Shown here in pieces: positions 52,097-63,230 of a DNA stretch of 64,000 bases. The stretch is from the NCBI GenBank assembly GCA_902472485.1, contig CABROH010000002.1, forward strand, positions 14,871-78,870. The letters are read 5' to 3'. The translations under genes and the position numbers were made by a program. Within the stretch, counting starts at the first letter, position 1. Every line of letters begins with the position of its first letter. The notes under the pieces were generated by a model. The model was not told the origin of the DNA. It ran no database searches and saw only the letters and a list, made by a program, of their open reading frames with translations. Source of the DNA: an uncultured Porphyromonadaceae bacterium. GTDB taxonomy: Bacteria; Bacteroidota; Bacteroidia; Bacteroidales; Muribaculaceae.

Positions 52097-53506
52097 TCAG
52101 AGCAGTGATCTCACAATATCGGCGCCATTGGCATAAACAAGCAACAAAATCAGGAACAGCATGCCTGCATACTGTGCATATTCAAGCACCTTTTCGCTGA
52201 CCTTGCGGCGAGTGATCACCTCCCAAAGAAGGAACATCACATGGCCGCCGTCAAGACCCGGAATCGGAATGAGATTCATGAATGCAAGCACAACAGATAG
52301 AAAAGCCGTGATTTCCCAAAATGAGAGCCAGTTCCACTTTTCAGGGAACATACCCCCCAATGATCCGAATCCGCCTATGCTTTTGGCACCTTCGGGAGAA
52401 AACACGTGGCTCATGGCATCTATATAGGTTCCAAGAGTTGTCGTGCCTATCTCCCATCCTTTGGGAAACGACTGAAGGAAAGTAAACTTTTCGAAGTTCA
52501 CGGGATAAATTTCATCGATAGGCTTGAGGTTGACGCCAAGTTTGCCGTTGCTGTCAGGTGTGGCCGTGACCGTCATTACTTTTCCGTCGCGATGAAGCGT
52601 GACAGCGACAGGCTTGCCGGCATTCTTCTCAAGTTGCTCGGTCAGCTCATCGTATGATGGTGTGGGCACGCCTCCTATGGCTGCGATACGGTCACCGGAC
52701 AATATACCGGCCTTAGCCGCAGCCGAACCGCCAACCGCACTTTTGACGATTACAGGACAACGGTAAGTCATCACCGGATCTTTCTTTTCAGAAAGTTTAA
52801 AAATGAACTTGTCGGGGAGCTGTAAGGTAACAGTGTCGCGAAGCAATGGACGGGTTTCATGAAGCATTACAGTGTCCGACTCAATTTTACGAAGCACATC
52901 AACCTGTCTGGCGTCGGCCATTAGATACAGACAGTCCGATTTCGAAACATCAAGCTTATGCCCGTCGGCGCGCAATGGAATATCGCCATTACGGAATCCA
53001 CCTTTGATGGCTGCTTCACTAAATTGCATGCCTTCAGTAGCCTTGTCAAAAGGAACATATTTATTACCCCACCAGAATGCTATGCCGGCATAAATAAGAA
53101 TGGCCAGAATGAAATTGAAACTCACGCCGGCTAACATCACGCAAAGACGTTGCCATGCCGGTTTGGCTCTGAATTCCCATGGCTGCATAGGCTGTGCCAT
53201 CTGCTCCTTGTCCATCGATTCGTCGATCATGCCGGCTATTTTCACATAACCGCCAAGAGGGAGCCATCCGATACCGTACTCCGTATCGCGCCATGAAGCG
53301 CGGGGTTGTCCGTTTTTATCCAGTTTTTGCACTTTCTGCTTCGGCTTCCACTTGTATAGCGAAAACCACGGATTGAAGAAAAGATAGAATTTCTCCACTT
53401 TTATGCCGAATGCGCGTGCGATAATATAATGGCCAAATTCATGGATTATCACAAGTAGTGCAAGAGCCACGATAAGTTGAGCCGCTTTGATAAGAAATAT
53501 TTCCAT
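52097..53506 (-). CDS. rseP: RIP metalloprotease RseP
   Basis: HEFGH, PLGGYVKI, LAGV.FN, PDZ domain, NLIPIPGLDGGH; follows dxr. Confidence 0.96.
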   Translation of the reverse strand: MEIFLIKAAQLIVALALLVIIHEFGHYIIARAFGIKVEKFYLFFNPWFSLYKWKPKQKVQKLDKNGQPRASWRDTEYGIGWLPLGGYVKIAGMIDESMDKEQMAQPMQPWEFRAKPAWQRLCVMLAGVSFNFILAILIYAGIAFWWGNKYVPFDKATEGMQFSEAAIKGGFRNGDIPLRADGHKLDVSKSDCLYLMADARQVDVLRKIESDTVMLHETRPLLRDTVTLQLPDKFIFKLSEKKDPVMTYRCPVIVKSAVGGSAAAKAGILSGDRIAAIGGVPTPSYDELTEQLEKNAGKPVAVTLHRDGKVMTVTATPDSNGKLGVNLKPIDEIYPVNFEKFTFLQSFPKGWEIGTTTLGTYIDAMSHVFSPEGAKSIGGFGSLGGMFPEKWNWLSFWEITAFLSVVLAFMNLIPIPGLDGGHVMFLLWEVITRRKVSEKVLEYAQYAGMLFLILLLVYANGADIVRSLL

Positions 53507-53534
53507 TGTTCTATATGGGAGATGTGTTTACTGA

Positions 53535-54707
53535 TTAATTCTTTTGACTTTTGGATATCAGCGATGCAGCCACTCGCCGCGCTTCGGCGTTGGTGATCAC
53601 ATAGTCGTCATAGGTCGGATCGGCTATGAAATTCACCATATCCAAAGTCTTGCTGATAATAGGATAAAAATCGGTGAAACGTATCCGGCCATGCAAAAAT
53701 GCGTCGACGGCTATTTCGTTGGCGGCATTGATCACACAAGCGGCCGTCCCGCCACGCATCAAAGCCTCTCGGGCAAAACCCAGACATGGGAAACGATCCG
53801 TGTCAGGAGCTTCAAAAGTGAGCGACGCATATTGCGATAAAGTAAGTGGAGGCTCTGCCGAATGAAGGCGACATGCACGGCCGAGGGCATAACTGATAGG
53901 CAGATGCATCTCGGGAATGCCGAGCTGCGCCTTTATCGCACCGTCGCGGAAACGCACCATGGAGTGCACGATCGATTGCGGATGAACAACGGCCTTGATA
54001 TGCTCTGCCGGAATTCCGAAAAGCCATCTGGCCTCGATTATTTCAAATGCCTTGTTGATCATCGTTGCCGAATCGATAGTGATTTTAGCACCCATCGACC
54101 AATTAGGATGATTCAAGGCATCGGCCACCGTAACATAACGCAGACGCTGTGACGGAGTGTGCCGAAAAGGACCGCCCGAGGCTGTGATGATCAGCTCCTC
54201 CACATTTTTCGGATCTTCACCCTGAAGGCATTGGTATATCGCCGAGTGTTCGGAATCCACGGGATGTATTGTCGATTTTGACCGGCTAAGAAGCCTGGTG
54301 ATCAACTCTCCGGCCACGACAAGGGTTTCTTTGTTGGCAAGGGCTATATGCTTGCCTGCACGGATAGCATGTATTGTCGGGGTCAGACCGGAATACCCTA
54401 CGGTAGCCGTAAGTACGGTATCGACATCAGACCGTTCGGCGGCGCAAGCCACAGCATCATCTCCGGCCTGAACTTCTATACCGAACGGACTGAGTGCTTC
54501 CTTTACGCGGCCATACAGGCTCCCATCGGCAATAACGGCAAGAGCCGGCTTATAGCGCATCGCCTGCCTGACAAGCAGATCGGCGTTGCTATGTGCCGTA
54601 AGAACCTGCGCTTTGAACAGATCAGGATTCGCATCTATGATATCAAGTGTCTGAGTGCCTATTGAGCCGGTTGAGCCAAGCACTGCTATTTTTCTTGGTT
54701 GTGTCAC
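53535..54707 (-). CDS. dxr: 1-deoxy-D-xylulose-5-phosphate reductoisomerase
   Basis: LGSTGSIGTQ, LANKE, PVDSEH, TASGGPF, HPNW.MG.KITIDSATM.NK, NAANE; GTG 54707 chosen because it lies downstream of the promoter box. Confidence 0.96.
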   Translation of the reverse strand: MTQPRKIAVLGSTGSIGTQTLDIIDANPDLFKAQVLTAHSNADLLVRQAMRYKPALAVIADGSLYGRVKEALSPFGIEVQAGDDAVACAAERSDVDTVLTATVGYSGLTPTIHAIRAGKHIALANKETLVVAGELITRLLSRSKSTIHPVDSEHSAIYQCLQGEDPKNVEELIITASGGPFRHTPSQRLRYVTVADALNHPNWSMGAKITIDSATMINKAFEIIEARWLFGIPAEHIKAVVHPQSIVHSMVRFRDGAIKAQLGIPEMHLPISYALGRACRLHSAEPPLTLSQYASLTFEAPDTDRFPCLGFAREALMRGGTAACVINAANEIAVDAFLHGRIRFTDFYPIISKTLDMVNFIADPTYDDYVITNAEARRVAASLISKSQKN

Positions 54708-54740
54708 TGTGAAGTCCTTAAAAAAGGGGTTATCATGGTG

Positions 54741-54748
54741 CAAAGATA
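54741..54748 (-). promoter_or_regulatory. -7 box TATCTTTG for the dxr-rseP cluster
   Basis: CAAAGATA on plus strand. Confidence 0.6.
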
Positions 54749-54924
54749 GTGTTTTTACGCGGGATTCTCTTGTCGGAAGGCCTGTTTTTTTCTTATCCGC
54801 CTCCGGGCTACACCCGACTTTTTCTAAGGATAATATCCGATAATGCCTAAAACCTGTGATATCATAAACTCTAAGCATAAAAAAATCCCTCAAACTTAAA
54901 AACCTTTTTCACAACCTCATGTTA

Positions 54925-54932
54925 TAAGTTTG
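54925..54932 (+). promoter_or_regulatory. -7 box TAAGTTTG for OmpA gene
   Basis: TAnnTTTG consensus about 100 nt before the ATG. Confidence 0.55.
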
Positions 54933-55035
54933 TAAATGCATCGTTCCTTAACGATTCCGTTTCAACAAAGCCGTAATCTTCGACAACCGCATCACGATTT
55001 CAATTAAAATTCAAATATTATATTGTTTCATCAAA

Positions 55036-56256
55036 ATGTTAAAGAGAATGAAAACTAATCTTTTACTTTCAATCGGTGCTGCCGGCGCCTTTGCACTTTT
55101 TGCCGGCAACACAGCACAAGCACAGGAAACGGTTGTGGTTGAAGAAACCGAAGTTATCACTACACAGACCGTAGAATGTAAGGATCATTATAGTTCGTCG
55201 TGGCGCGACAACTGGTTTATCCAGCTCGGCGCAGGCGTGCAGGTGCCTTTTGTTGAAAACGAACTTCCCGACGGAAGTGAAAAGCGCCACGCGACAGCCG
55301 TCTACAACGTTGGCTTCGGCCATTGGTTCAGCCCATATTTAGGCTTTCGCATTTCCGGTATGTATGGCAAAATGCGTTATGATTTCTACCAGAAAAATAA
55401 AGCCCAGATGCTAACGGCCAACGCCGACCTCATGTGGGATATGACAACCTCGATCTGCGGTGTCAACCCCAATCGTGTGTTCTCTTTCATTCCTTTTGTC
55501 GGTGTCGGCGGCACCCGCACATGGGATTTCAAAGGCTATGATGGCAACGACATGATGAAATATGACAAAGCTGTCCGCAAAGACAACTGGACCCTTCCGG
55601 TTTCCGTAGGTTTCCAGATCCGTCTGCGCCTGTGCAAATATGTCGACTTCTTCGCTGAAGCCCGCGCCCAGTTCTATGGCGACAACTTCAACAACTACGT
55701 ACAGGGAGATCCCATCGAAGCCAACATCACCGCAATTGGCGGACTGAGCTTCAACATCGGCGGACGCAATTTCCAACGCTACAATCCATGCGACTATCTG
55801 GGCTATGTCAACCAGCTCAACAATCAGGTCAACGACCTCCGTGGCGAACTTGCAGCCACCGCAGCCGCACTTGCCGCAGCAAACGCTCAGCTCCCCTGCC
55901 CCGAAGCTACCGAAACTGTTGTCGAAGCCGGTCAGACCCCGATGCTCGCTTCTGTCCGCTTCCGCATCAATTCTTCGGAAATCAGCAACGAGGAAATGGT
56001 CAATGTCTACAACGTAGCCGAATACCTCAAAGCCAATCCCGAATCAACTGTCACCATCCAAGGCTACGCCGATAAAGACACCGGCACAGCCGAATACAAC
56101 ATGGCTCTCTCACAGCGCCGCGCCGAAGCAGTCAAAGCGGCTATCGAAGGCTACGGAGGCAAAGCCGATCGCCTCAAAATCAAAGCCAACGGAAGCGACA
56201 CTCAACCCTACGGCGAAAACAACTGGAACCGCATCGTGATATTTACCCAGCCGTAA
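55036..56256 (+). CDS. OmpA family protein (Pgm6/7-like barrel plus peptidoglycan-binding domain)
   Basis: Signal, NWFI..GAG, G.WFSPY.G.R, coiled-coil linker, GYADK.TG...YN..LS.RRA..V, NWNR.VI. Confidence 0.95.
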   Translation: MLKRMKTNLLLSIGAAGAFALFAGNTAQAQETVVVEETEVITTQTVECKDHYSSSWRDNWFIQLGAGVQVPFVENELPDGSEKRHATAVYNVGFGHWFSPYLGFRISGMYGKMRYDFYQKNKAQMLTANADLMWDMTTSICGVNPNRVFSFIPFVGVGGTRTWDFKGYDGNDMMKYDKAVRKDNWTLPVSVGFQIRLRLCKYVDFFAEARAQFYGDNFNNYVQGDPIEANITAIGGLSFNIGGRNFQRYNPCDYLGYVNQLNNQVNDLRGELAATAAALAAANAQLPCPEATETVVEAGQTPMLASVRFRINSSEISNEEMVNVYNVAEYLKANPESTVTIQGYADKDTGTAEYNMALSQRRAEAVKAAIEGYGGKADRLKIKANGSDTQPYGENNWNRIVIFTQP

Positions 56257-56313
56257 CACGACATTTCAGGAATACGACATAGAAACTTAATCTGAAACTT
56301 ATCTCTCACACCG

Positions 56314-56348
56314 ACATCCCGACCACGAAATGGCCGGGATGTTTTTTT
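56314..56348 (+). terminator. Rho-independent terminator after OmpA gene
   Basis: ACATCCCGACCA-CGAAA-TGGCCGGGATGT followed by a T-run. Confidence 0.88.
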
Positions 56349-56381
56349 GTTGCGGGAGCAAGAAAAAATCGCGCATGAAAT

Positions 56382-56412
56382 TTTGTCACATTACATAAAT
56401 AACGTAAATTTG
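56382..56412 (+). promoter_or_regulatory. Bacteroidota promoter TTTG-N19-TAAATTTG for phosphosugar mutase
   Basis: Consensus -33/-7 boxes with correct spacing. Confidence 0.72.
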
Positions 56413-56512
56413 TGGTGGCCGCTGTCAATATCAGCGACACCATATCCATAACCTCAGACCAAATAATTTCATAACCCTCGCGCTAAGCGCGAATATAACC
56501 CCTTACGATAAC

Positions 56513-58267
56513 ATGGACAACAACAACGAACTCCTCAAAACAGTCACCGAGAAAGCCAAAGTGTGGCTCGGCGAAGGCTATGACGAAGAAACACGCGCCG
56601 AAGTGCGCCGAATGCTTGATGCCGACGACCACACCGAACTCATCGAATCATTCTATAAAGATCTCGAATTCGGCACCGGCGGACTTCGCGGCATCATGGG
56701 CGCCGGCTCCAACCGCATGAACATCTACACCGTAGGCGCAGCCACTCAGGGTCTTGCCAACTACCTCAAGGAAGCATTTGCCTCTCTGCCGGAAATTTCC
56801 GTTGTCGTAGGCCATGACGTGCGCAACAATTCACGCCGATTCGCTGAAATCGTTGCCGACATTTTCTCGGCCAATGGCATCAAAGTATATCTTTTCGACT
56901 CTTTCCGTCCCACACCCGAACTCTCTTTTGCAATCCGCAAACTCGGTTGCCAGAGCGGCGTCAACATCACCGCCTCGCACAACCCCAAAGAATATAACGG
57001 CTACAAAGCTTATTGGGAAGACGGCGCACAGATAATCGCACCCCACGACGTAAACATCATAGACCACGTCAACCGCATCAAAGGTGTTGAAGCCATCCGG
57101 TTTAACGGCGACAAATCGAAAATCCAGATCATCGGCGATGAAATCGACCGTCAGTTCCTTGATGCAATCAAAGGTCTTTCGCTCAGTCCGGAAGCCATTG
57201 AGCGCCACAAAGATCTCAAGATTGTCTATACTCCGATCCACGGCACCGGTGTGAAACTCATTCCGGAATCACTGCGCAACTACGGATTCTGCAACATCAT
57301 CCATGTGCCCGAACAGGATATTCCGTCAGGTGATTTCCCCACCGTCGCATCCCCCAATCCTGAAGTTCCTTCGGCTATGGCCTTGGCAATAGCAAAAGCG
57401 AAGGAAACCGACGCCGATCTCGTGATGGCCTCAGACCCCGATGCCGACCGCATTGGCTGCGTGCTCCGTGACGCCAAGGGCGAATATGTGCTCATCAACG
57501 GCAACCAGATCGTGATGATCTTGCTTAACTACATCATGACACGCAATGCCGAGCTCGGTCGCCTCACCGGCAACGAATACATCGTCAAAACCATCGTTAC
57601 GACTGAAACGATCAAATCGATCGCCGACAAAAACAACATCCGCATGTTTGACTGCTACACAGGCTTCAAGTGGATCGCCGCTGTGATTCGCGACCACGAA
57701 GGCACTGCCCGATATCTCGGCGGCGGCGAAGAGAGCTACGGCTTCCTTGCCGAAGACTTCTGCCGCGACAAAGATGCCGTCAGCGCCATATCACTCATGG
57801 CCGAAGCCGCAGCGTGGGCGAAAGACAAAGGACTTGACTTCCTGCAGATGCTTCAGGACATCTACATCAAATACGGCTACTCTCACGAAGAAGGCATCTC
57901 AGTGGTTCGCACGGGAAAAGCCGGTGCTGAAGAAATCCAGGCCATGATGAAAGGCTTCCGCGAAAATCCTCCTCGCCAGCTCGGAGGCAGCGACGTCACC
58001 ATAATCAAAGATTACGAATCACTTTCGCTCACCGACGTGAAAAACGGAAATGTAAGCAAGCTCGACATGCCTACGACATCCAATGTGCTTCAATATTTCA
58101 CGGCCGACGGCACCAAAGTATCAGTGCGTCCTTCCGGCACGGAACCTAAAATCAAATTCTACATCGAGGTTCACGACAAAATGTCATCACCTGCCGATTA
58201 CGACCGCGCCAACGCCGATGCTGCCGTCAAGATTGAAGCTGTCAAAAAAGACCTTGGCATAGCCTGA
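56513..58267 (+). CDS. Phosphoglucomutase/phosphomannomutase
   Basis: FGTGGLRG, TASHNP, DPDADR, TGFKW, GEESYG, RPSGTEPKIKFY. Confidence 0.96.
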   Translation: MDNNNELLKTVTEKAKVWLGEGYDEETRAEVRRMLDADDHTELIESFYKDLEFGTGGLRGIMGAGSNRMNIYTVGAATQGLANYLKEAFASLPEISVVVGHDVRNNSRRFAEIVADIFSANGIKVYLFDSFRPTPELSFAIRKLGCQSGVNITASHNPKEYNGYKAYWEDGAQIIAPHDVNIIDHVNRIKGVEAIRFNGDKSKIQIIGDEIDRQFLDAIKGLSLSPEAIERHKDLKIVYTPIHGTGVKLIPESLRNYGFCNIIHVPEQDIPSGDFPTVASPNPEVPSAMALAIAKAKETDADLVMASDPDADRIGCVLRDAKGEYVLINGNQIVMILLNYIMTRNAELGRLTGNEYIVKTIVTTETIKSIADKNNIRMFDCYTGFKWIAAVIRDHEGTARYLGGGEESYGFLAEDFCRDKDAVSAISLMAEAAAWAKDKGLDFLQMLQDIYIKYGYSHEEGISVVRTGKAGAEEIQAMMKGFRENPPRQLGGSDVTIIKDYESLSLTDVKNGNVSKLDMPTTSNVLQYFTADGTKVSVRPSGTEPKIKFYIEVHDKMSSPADYDRANADAAVKIEAVKKDLGIA

Positions 58268-58304
58268 TATTACAGAGTCAACCGCACTCACACATAATAG
58301 CGTA

Positions 58305-58353
58305 GCGGCCGACGCCCGGACACGATAAGAATCCATCGTCCGGCGTCGGCCGC
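58305..58353. terminator. GC-rich hairpin downstream of phosphosugar mutase
   Basis: GCGGCCGACGCC...GGCGTCGGCCGC 12-bp outer stem plus inner ACGAT/ATCGT; weak T tail. Confidence 0.55.
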
Positions 58354-58411
58354 CCGTTTGTCCGTTAACACCGACTGACGGCGCATCCGCCGGAAAGCCG
58401 GCGACACGGGA

Positions 58412-58442
58412 TTGCAAAAACAAATAAAGTTTAGTAATTTTG
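58412..58442 (+). promoter_or_regulatory. Promoter TTG-N20-TAATTTTG for parE cluster
   Basis: Consensus boxes about 27 nt before ATG 58469. Confidence 0.65.
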
Positions 58443-58468
58443 CAGAGAATGTAACCCTTAACGCTCAA

Positions 58469-60424
58469 ATGAGTTCCACCATAGACACCGACGAAATCAC
58501 CGACGTGACATCCGCACAGCAACAACAGGCCTCTGAATATACCGAGGACAACATACGTACACTTGACTGGAACGAACATATCCGCCGACGCCCGGGCATG
58601 TACATTGGCAAGCTTGGCGACGGATCGGCTTCGGACGACGGCATATATGTGCTTCTTAAGGAGGTGATTGACAATTCCATCGACGAATACATGATGGGGT
58701 TCGGACGCCAGATCACAGTCGACGTCACCGATCACGAAGTGAGCGTGCGCGATTTCGGACGCGGCATCCCGTTAGGGAAACTCGTGGAAGCCTCATCGCG
58801 CATGAACACAGGCGGGAAATACGACTCAAAAGCATTCAAGAAATCAGTCGGACTCAACGGCGTTGGCATCAAGGCTGTCAATGCCCTGTCAACGAATTTC
58901 ATTATCACGTCCATACGCGATGGCATCTCAAAAACCGTATGCTACTCAAAGGGGGCTGTAGTTGACGATTATGAGCCGGTGCCCACAGAAGAGCCAAACG
59001 GCACATCGGTCAGCTTCACGCCCGACCCCGAACTGTTCCGCGACTATCGCTATCGCGAAGAATTCATCACGCCATTGCTCAAAAACTACACGTTCCTCAA
59101 CACCGGCCTTACAATCGTGTTCAACGGTCAGCGTATGATCTCGCGCCACGGCCTGCTTGACCTGCTGCGCGAAGCCATGACCGACGAACCGCTTTACCCG
59201 ATAATCCATCTGCGCTCCGACGACATCGAGATCGCCATCACGCATGCCAATCAGTATGGCGAGGAATATTATTCATTTGTCAACGGGCAGCACACCACGC
59301 AAGGCGGCACGCACCTCACGGCATTCAAAGAAGCCGTTTCACGCACCATAAAAGATTATTTCAACAAATCGTCGTTCGAACCGTCCGACATACGCTCGGG
59401 CATTGTAGCGGCTATCTCGCTTAAAGTCGAAGAACCTGTGTTTGAGTCACAGACCAAAACAAAACTCGGGTCTCGCGACATAGGGCCCGATGGTCCTACT
59501 GTTGCAAAATTTGTCGGCGATTTCATAAAAAAAGAACTCGACGACTATCTGCACCGCGATCTTGCCACTGCCGATATAATCTTGAAAAAAATCCAGGCAA
59601 ACGAACGTGAACGCCGCGCGATGGCCGGAATCACCAAGAAGGCCCGCGAACAAGCAAAAAAGATCAATCTTCACAACAAGAAACTCCTTGACTGTCGCGT
59701 ACATCTCAGCGATACGAAAGGTGATGAGCAGAAAAAACTCGAATCATCGATATTTATCACCGAGGGCGACTCTGCCGCCGGTTCAATCACCAAAATACGC
59801 AATGTTGAAACACAAGCCGTTTTCTCGCTTCGAGGCAAACCGAAAAACACCTATGGGAAGACAAAGAAAATGGTCTATGAAAACGAGGAGTTCAACCTTT
59901 TGCAGGCAGCCCTCAACATTGAAGAATCCATCGACAATCTGCGCTACAACAAAGTCATCATAGCCACGGATGCCGATGTCGACGGCATGCACATCCGCAT
60001 GCTGCTCCTCACTTTCTTCCTTCAGTTTTTCCCTGACATAATCAAACGAGGACACATATATATACTTCAGACACCCCTTTTCCGAGTTCGCAACAAAAAA
60101 ACATCAAAGCGCAACAGTTCGTCCGCGTCGTCACACGATTCAACCGACGACACATATTATTGCTACTCCGACACTGAACGCATCGAGGCCATAAACCGGC
60201 TTGGAAACAATGCCGAAATCACACGATTCAAAGGCCTTGGCGAAATATCGCCGGAAGAATTCGCCGCTTTCATTGGTCCGGAAATGCGTGCTGACCGTGT
60301 GACCATTCACAAAGAGGATGGCGTTGCCGAATTGCTCCGTTTCTACATGGGCAAGAATTCCATCGAACGGCAAAACTTCATCATCGACAATCTCGTTATA
60401 GAAGACGACTCACAGATTTCATGA
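58469..60424 (+). CDS. parE: DNA topoisomerase IV subunit B
   Basis: [63 protein letters not shown]; Bacteroidota ParE-type sequence and coaD linkage. Confidence 0.93.
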   Translation: MSSTIDTDEITDVTSAQQQQASEYTEDNIRTLDWNEHIRRRPGMYIGKLGDGSASDDGIYVLLKEVIDNSIDEYMMGFGRQITVDVTDHEVSVRDFGRGIPLGKLVEASSRMNTGGKYDSKAFKKSVGLNGVGIKAVNALSTNFIITSIRDGISKTVCYSKGAVVDDYEPVPTEEPNGTSVSFTPDPELFRDYRYREEFITPLLKNYTFLNTGLTIVFNGQRMISRHGLLDLLREAMTDEPLYPIIHLRSDDIEIAITHANQYGEEYYSFVNGQHTTQGGTHLTAFKEAVSRTIKDYFNKSSFEPSDIRSGIVAAISLKVEEPVFESQTKTKLGSRDIGPDGPTVAKFVGDFIKKELDDYLHRDLATADIILKKIQANERERRAMAGITKKAREQAKKINLHNKKLLDCRVHLSDTKGDEQKKLESSIFITEGDSAAGSITKIRNVETQAVFSLRGKPKNTYGKTKKMVYENEEFNLLQAALNIEESIDNLRYNKVIIATDADVDGMHIRMLLLTFFLQFFPDIIKRGHIYILQTPLFRVRNKKTSKRNSSSASSHDSTDDTYYCYSDTERIEAINRLGNNAEITRFKGLGEISPEEFAAFIGPEMRADRVTIHKEDGVAELLRFYMGKNSIERQNFIIDNLVIEDDSQIS

Positions 60425-60864
60425 AAACAGCCATATACCCCGGATCATTCAATCCTTTCACGATAGGGCATCTCGACATTTTGCGTCGTTCGCTCCCGTT
60501 GTTCGACCATATCACCGTCGTTATCGGCATAAATCCCGATAAATGCCGCATCGCGCCTGACGCCGACCAGCTTGCATGCCGCATCAACCGTGCACTCGGC
60601 ACCGACAATGCCGTCAGCGTCGAACAATGGCGTGGCCTTACAGTCGACATTGCCCATCGACTCGGTGCGAACTGGATAATACGCGGCGCACGTACTGCCG
60701 CTGATTTCGATTATGAACGTACATTGGCCGATGTCAACCGCACACTTGCTCCCGACATCGAAACGATCATCATCCCTGCCCGACCGGAGATGGCTTGCAT
60801 ATCCTCGTCCATGGTGCGCGAACTTTCGTCGCACGGTCGTGATACAGCCCATCTTGTCGTGTGA
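60421..60864 (+). CDS. coaD: Pantetheine-phosphate adenylyltransferase
   Basis: [18 protein letters not shown]...[18 protein letters not shown] overlap with parE. Confidence 0.95.
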   Translation: MKTAIYPGSFNPFTIGHLDILRRSLPLFDHITVVIGINPDKCRIAPDADQLACRINRALGTDNAVSVEQWRGLTVDIAHRLGANWIIRGARTAADFDYERTLADVNRTLAPDIETIIIPARPEMACISSSMVRELSSHGRDTAHLVV

Positions 60865-60936
60865 CCGTGAAACTATGTTCCTTTAGTCATCTCTCCATTA
60901 CACACATATATTTAATGAACGAATTCGAAACACGCA

Positions 60937-62544
60937 ATGAATAAATCACTCCGCCATTTCATCATCATTTTCGCCGCCATCTTCACCGCAAATGCGGCAA
61001 CGGCCCAGAACATGTCGTCAGATGCAAAATTACGCTATGCCGACCGCATTATAGAAAACTATTATGTCGATTCCGTCAACTCCGATACACTTGCCGAAGA
61101 GGCCATAAAAGCCATGCTCCAGACACTTGATCCACACTCGTCATATTCCGATCCTGAAGAAACCCGCGCACTGACCGAACCTCTCCAGGGTAATTTCTCG
61201 GGAATCGGCATACAATTCAGCATGATCAACGACACCATCTATGTGATTCAGCCCGTAGCCGGAGGACCATGCGATCGGGCGGGCATCGTAGCCGGCGACC
61301 GCATAATCGCGGCAAACGACACCATCCTTTCCGGAGTGAAATTAAAAAACAATGACGTGATGCGTCACCTCCGTGGCCCCAAAGGGTCGGTGGTTGACCT
61401 CTCCATCCTGCGTCATGGCCGCATGGAACCGCTTTCATTCCGCATCATCCGCGACGACATCCCCATCTTCAGCGTCGACGCCGCATATATGGCCACTCCG
61501 ACCACCGGCTATGTCAAACTGAGCCGATTCGCCGAAACATCTGCCGACGAAGTGGCAGATGCATGCGCCAGACTTCGGAAACAGGGCATGAAAGATCTTA
61601 TCATCGATCTCTCATACAATGGAGGCGGATATCTCAACGCTGCCGTCGAACTGGCGGAACAAATGCTTTCTCCGGGCGACATGGTCGTTTTCACACGCGG
61701 AAGAAAGGTGAACGACTCCGAATATCGCGCACGTAAAAAGGCACCCCTCGTCAACGGACGCATTGCCGTCATCGTCAACCAGAGTTCGGCATCGGCTTCC
61801 GAGATCCTCGCCGGCGCTCTTCAGGATCACGACCGCGCCGTCATCATCGGCCGCCGCACTTTCGGCAAAGGACTTGTGCAACGTCCCTTCCCATTCCCCG
61901 ACGGATCCATGATACGCCTCACTGTCGCCCGTTACTACACGCCTTCGGGACGCTGCATACAAAAACATTACGATGCCGGCGACAGCGACGCTTACGAACG
62001 GGATCTTCTCAACCGATACAACAGTGGTGAACTTTACAGCGCAGACTCTGTCGACATCGACCGATCGACACCCTACTATACGCTTCGCAACCACCGCACC
62101 GTCTATGGCGGCGGAGGCATAATGCCCGACCGCTTTGTTGCAATCGATACAACTGATATCACCGACTATTCCCGTGATCTGGTGGCAAAAGGAGTCTACA
62201 ATACTTTCACGCTTAACTATCTGGACAATCACCGCGATGAGATCAAGAAAAAATACCCTTCGGAAGATCTCTTCGTAGAGAAATTCGAGATTCCGGAAAC
62301 CATGCTTAAAGAATTCACGGATCGTGCCACAGCCGAAGGCGTTACATTCAACGCCGAACAATACGACCGTTCGCTGCCACTTATCAAGGCTATCCTCAAA
62401 GGAATGCTTGGCCGTGATCTTTTCACGCAATCCACCTACTATCGTATAATCAATCCGATCGAACCGGAGTATGAAGAAGCACTACGCATCATCTCCGATC
62501 CCGACCTCTACGACTCATTCCTTAAGGCCGACGACAAAAGATGA
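60937..62544 (+). CDS. S41A carboxy-terminal processing peptidase
   Basis: LDPHS.Y, GIGI, PDZ, LRGPKGS, NGGGYL, SASASEILAGALQD, TFGKGLVQ, YYTPSGR. Confidence 0.95.
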   Translation: MNKSLRHFIIIFAAIFTANAATAQNMSSDAKLRYADRIIENYYVDSVNSDTLAEEAIKAMLQTLDPHSSYSDPEETRALTEPLQGNFSGIGIQFSMINDTIYVIQPVAGGPCDRAGIVAGDRIIAANDTILSGVKLKNNDVMRHLRGPKGSVVDLSILRHGRMEPLSFRIIRDDIPIFSVDAAYMATPTTGYVKLSRFAETSADEVADACARLRKQGMKDLIIDLSYNGGGYLNAAVELAEQMLSPGDMVVFTRGRKVNDSEYRARKKAPLVNGRIAVIVNQSSASASEILAGALQDHDRAVIIGRRTFGKGLVQRPFPFPDGSMIRLTVARYYTPSGRCIQKHYDAGDSDAYERDLLNRYNSGELYSADSVDIDRSTPYYTLRNHRTVYGGGGIMPDRFVAIDTTDITDYSRDLVAKGVYNTFTLNYLDNHRDEIKKKYPSEDLFVEKFEIPETMLKEFTDRATAEGVTFNAEQYDRSLPLIKAILKGMLGRDLFTQSTYYRIINPIEPEYEEALRIISDPDLYDSFLKADDKR

Positions 62545-63230
62545 CACGGCAGATCAATTGCATCATAGTTGCTGCCGGCAGCGGACTCAGGTTTGGCTCT
62601 CGGAAGCCCAAACAGTTCTGCGATCTTGCTGGACGTCCGTTGCTCATGACCACGGTCGAACGCATGAGAAAAGCTTTGCCCGATGCACGATTGCTTCTAA
62701 TCCTTAACCCCCTATGGGTGGAACCGTGGTTACAGATGTGCCGTGAACACTCGTTTTCATCACCCGAGATCATTCATGGCGGTAAATCCCGCCTCCAATC
62801 GGTGGTCAATGCATTAAATGCCATTCATGATTCGGAAGATTCGATCTCAATGGTTCACGACGGGGCGCGTCCGCTTGTCAATCCAAGGGTGGTCAATGCC
62901 GTTGTAGCGGCTGTTGCCTATGGGGCGCAAGGAGCCATTCCATGCATCCCTCTTACTGATTCAATCCGGCAGATTGCCTCCGACGGCACCTCCCGGGCCG
63001 CTGACCGGACGGCTTTCCGCGCTGTCCAGACGCCGCAGGCATTTCCTACCGCTTTGCTGAAACAGGCCTACTCCATGCCTCTAACACCACAGATGACCGA
63101 CGACGCTTCCGTGATGGAAGCTGCCGGATACACCGACATCCGCATCATCGACGGCGATCCGCAAACGATTAAAATCACACATGCCTCCGACCTTACCCTC
63201 GCCGAACAGCTTATGCGTCACGACTCATGA
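62541..63230 (+). CDS. ispD: 2-C-methyl-D-erythritol 4-phosphate cytidylyltransferase
   Basis: AAGSG.RFG...PKQF, GG.SR..SV, VHDGARP, VQTPQAF, TDDASV, KIT...DL. Confidence 0.93.
   Translation: MTRQINCIIVAAGSGLRFGSRKPKQFCDLAGRPLLMTTVERMRKALPDARLLLILNPLWVEPWLQMCREHSFSSPEIIHGGKSRLQSVVNALNAIHDSEDSISMVHDGARPLVNPRVVNAVVAAVAYGAQGAIPCIPLTDSIRQIASDGTSRAADRTAFRAVQTPQAFPTALLKQAYSMPLTPQMTDDASVMEAAGYTDIRIIDGDPQTIKITHASDLTLAEQLMRHDS

Noticed and set aside
61612..62430. 272-aa antisense ORF inside the S41 peptidase gene
   Set aside because: Antisense shadow with no recognisable domain
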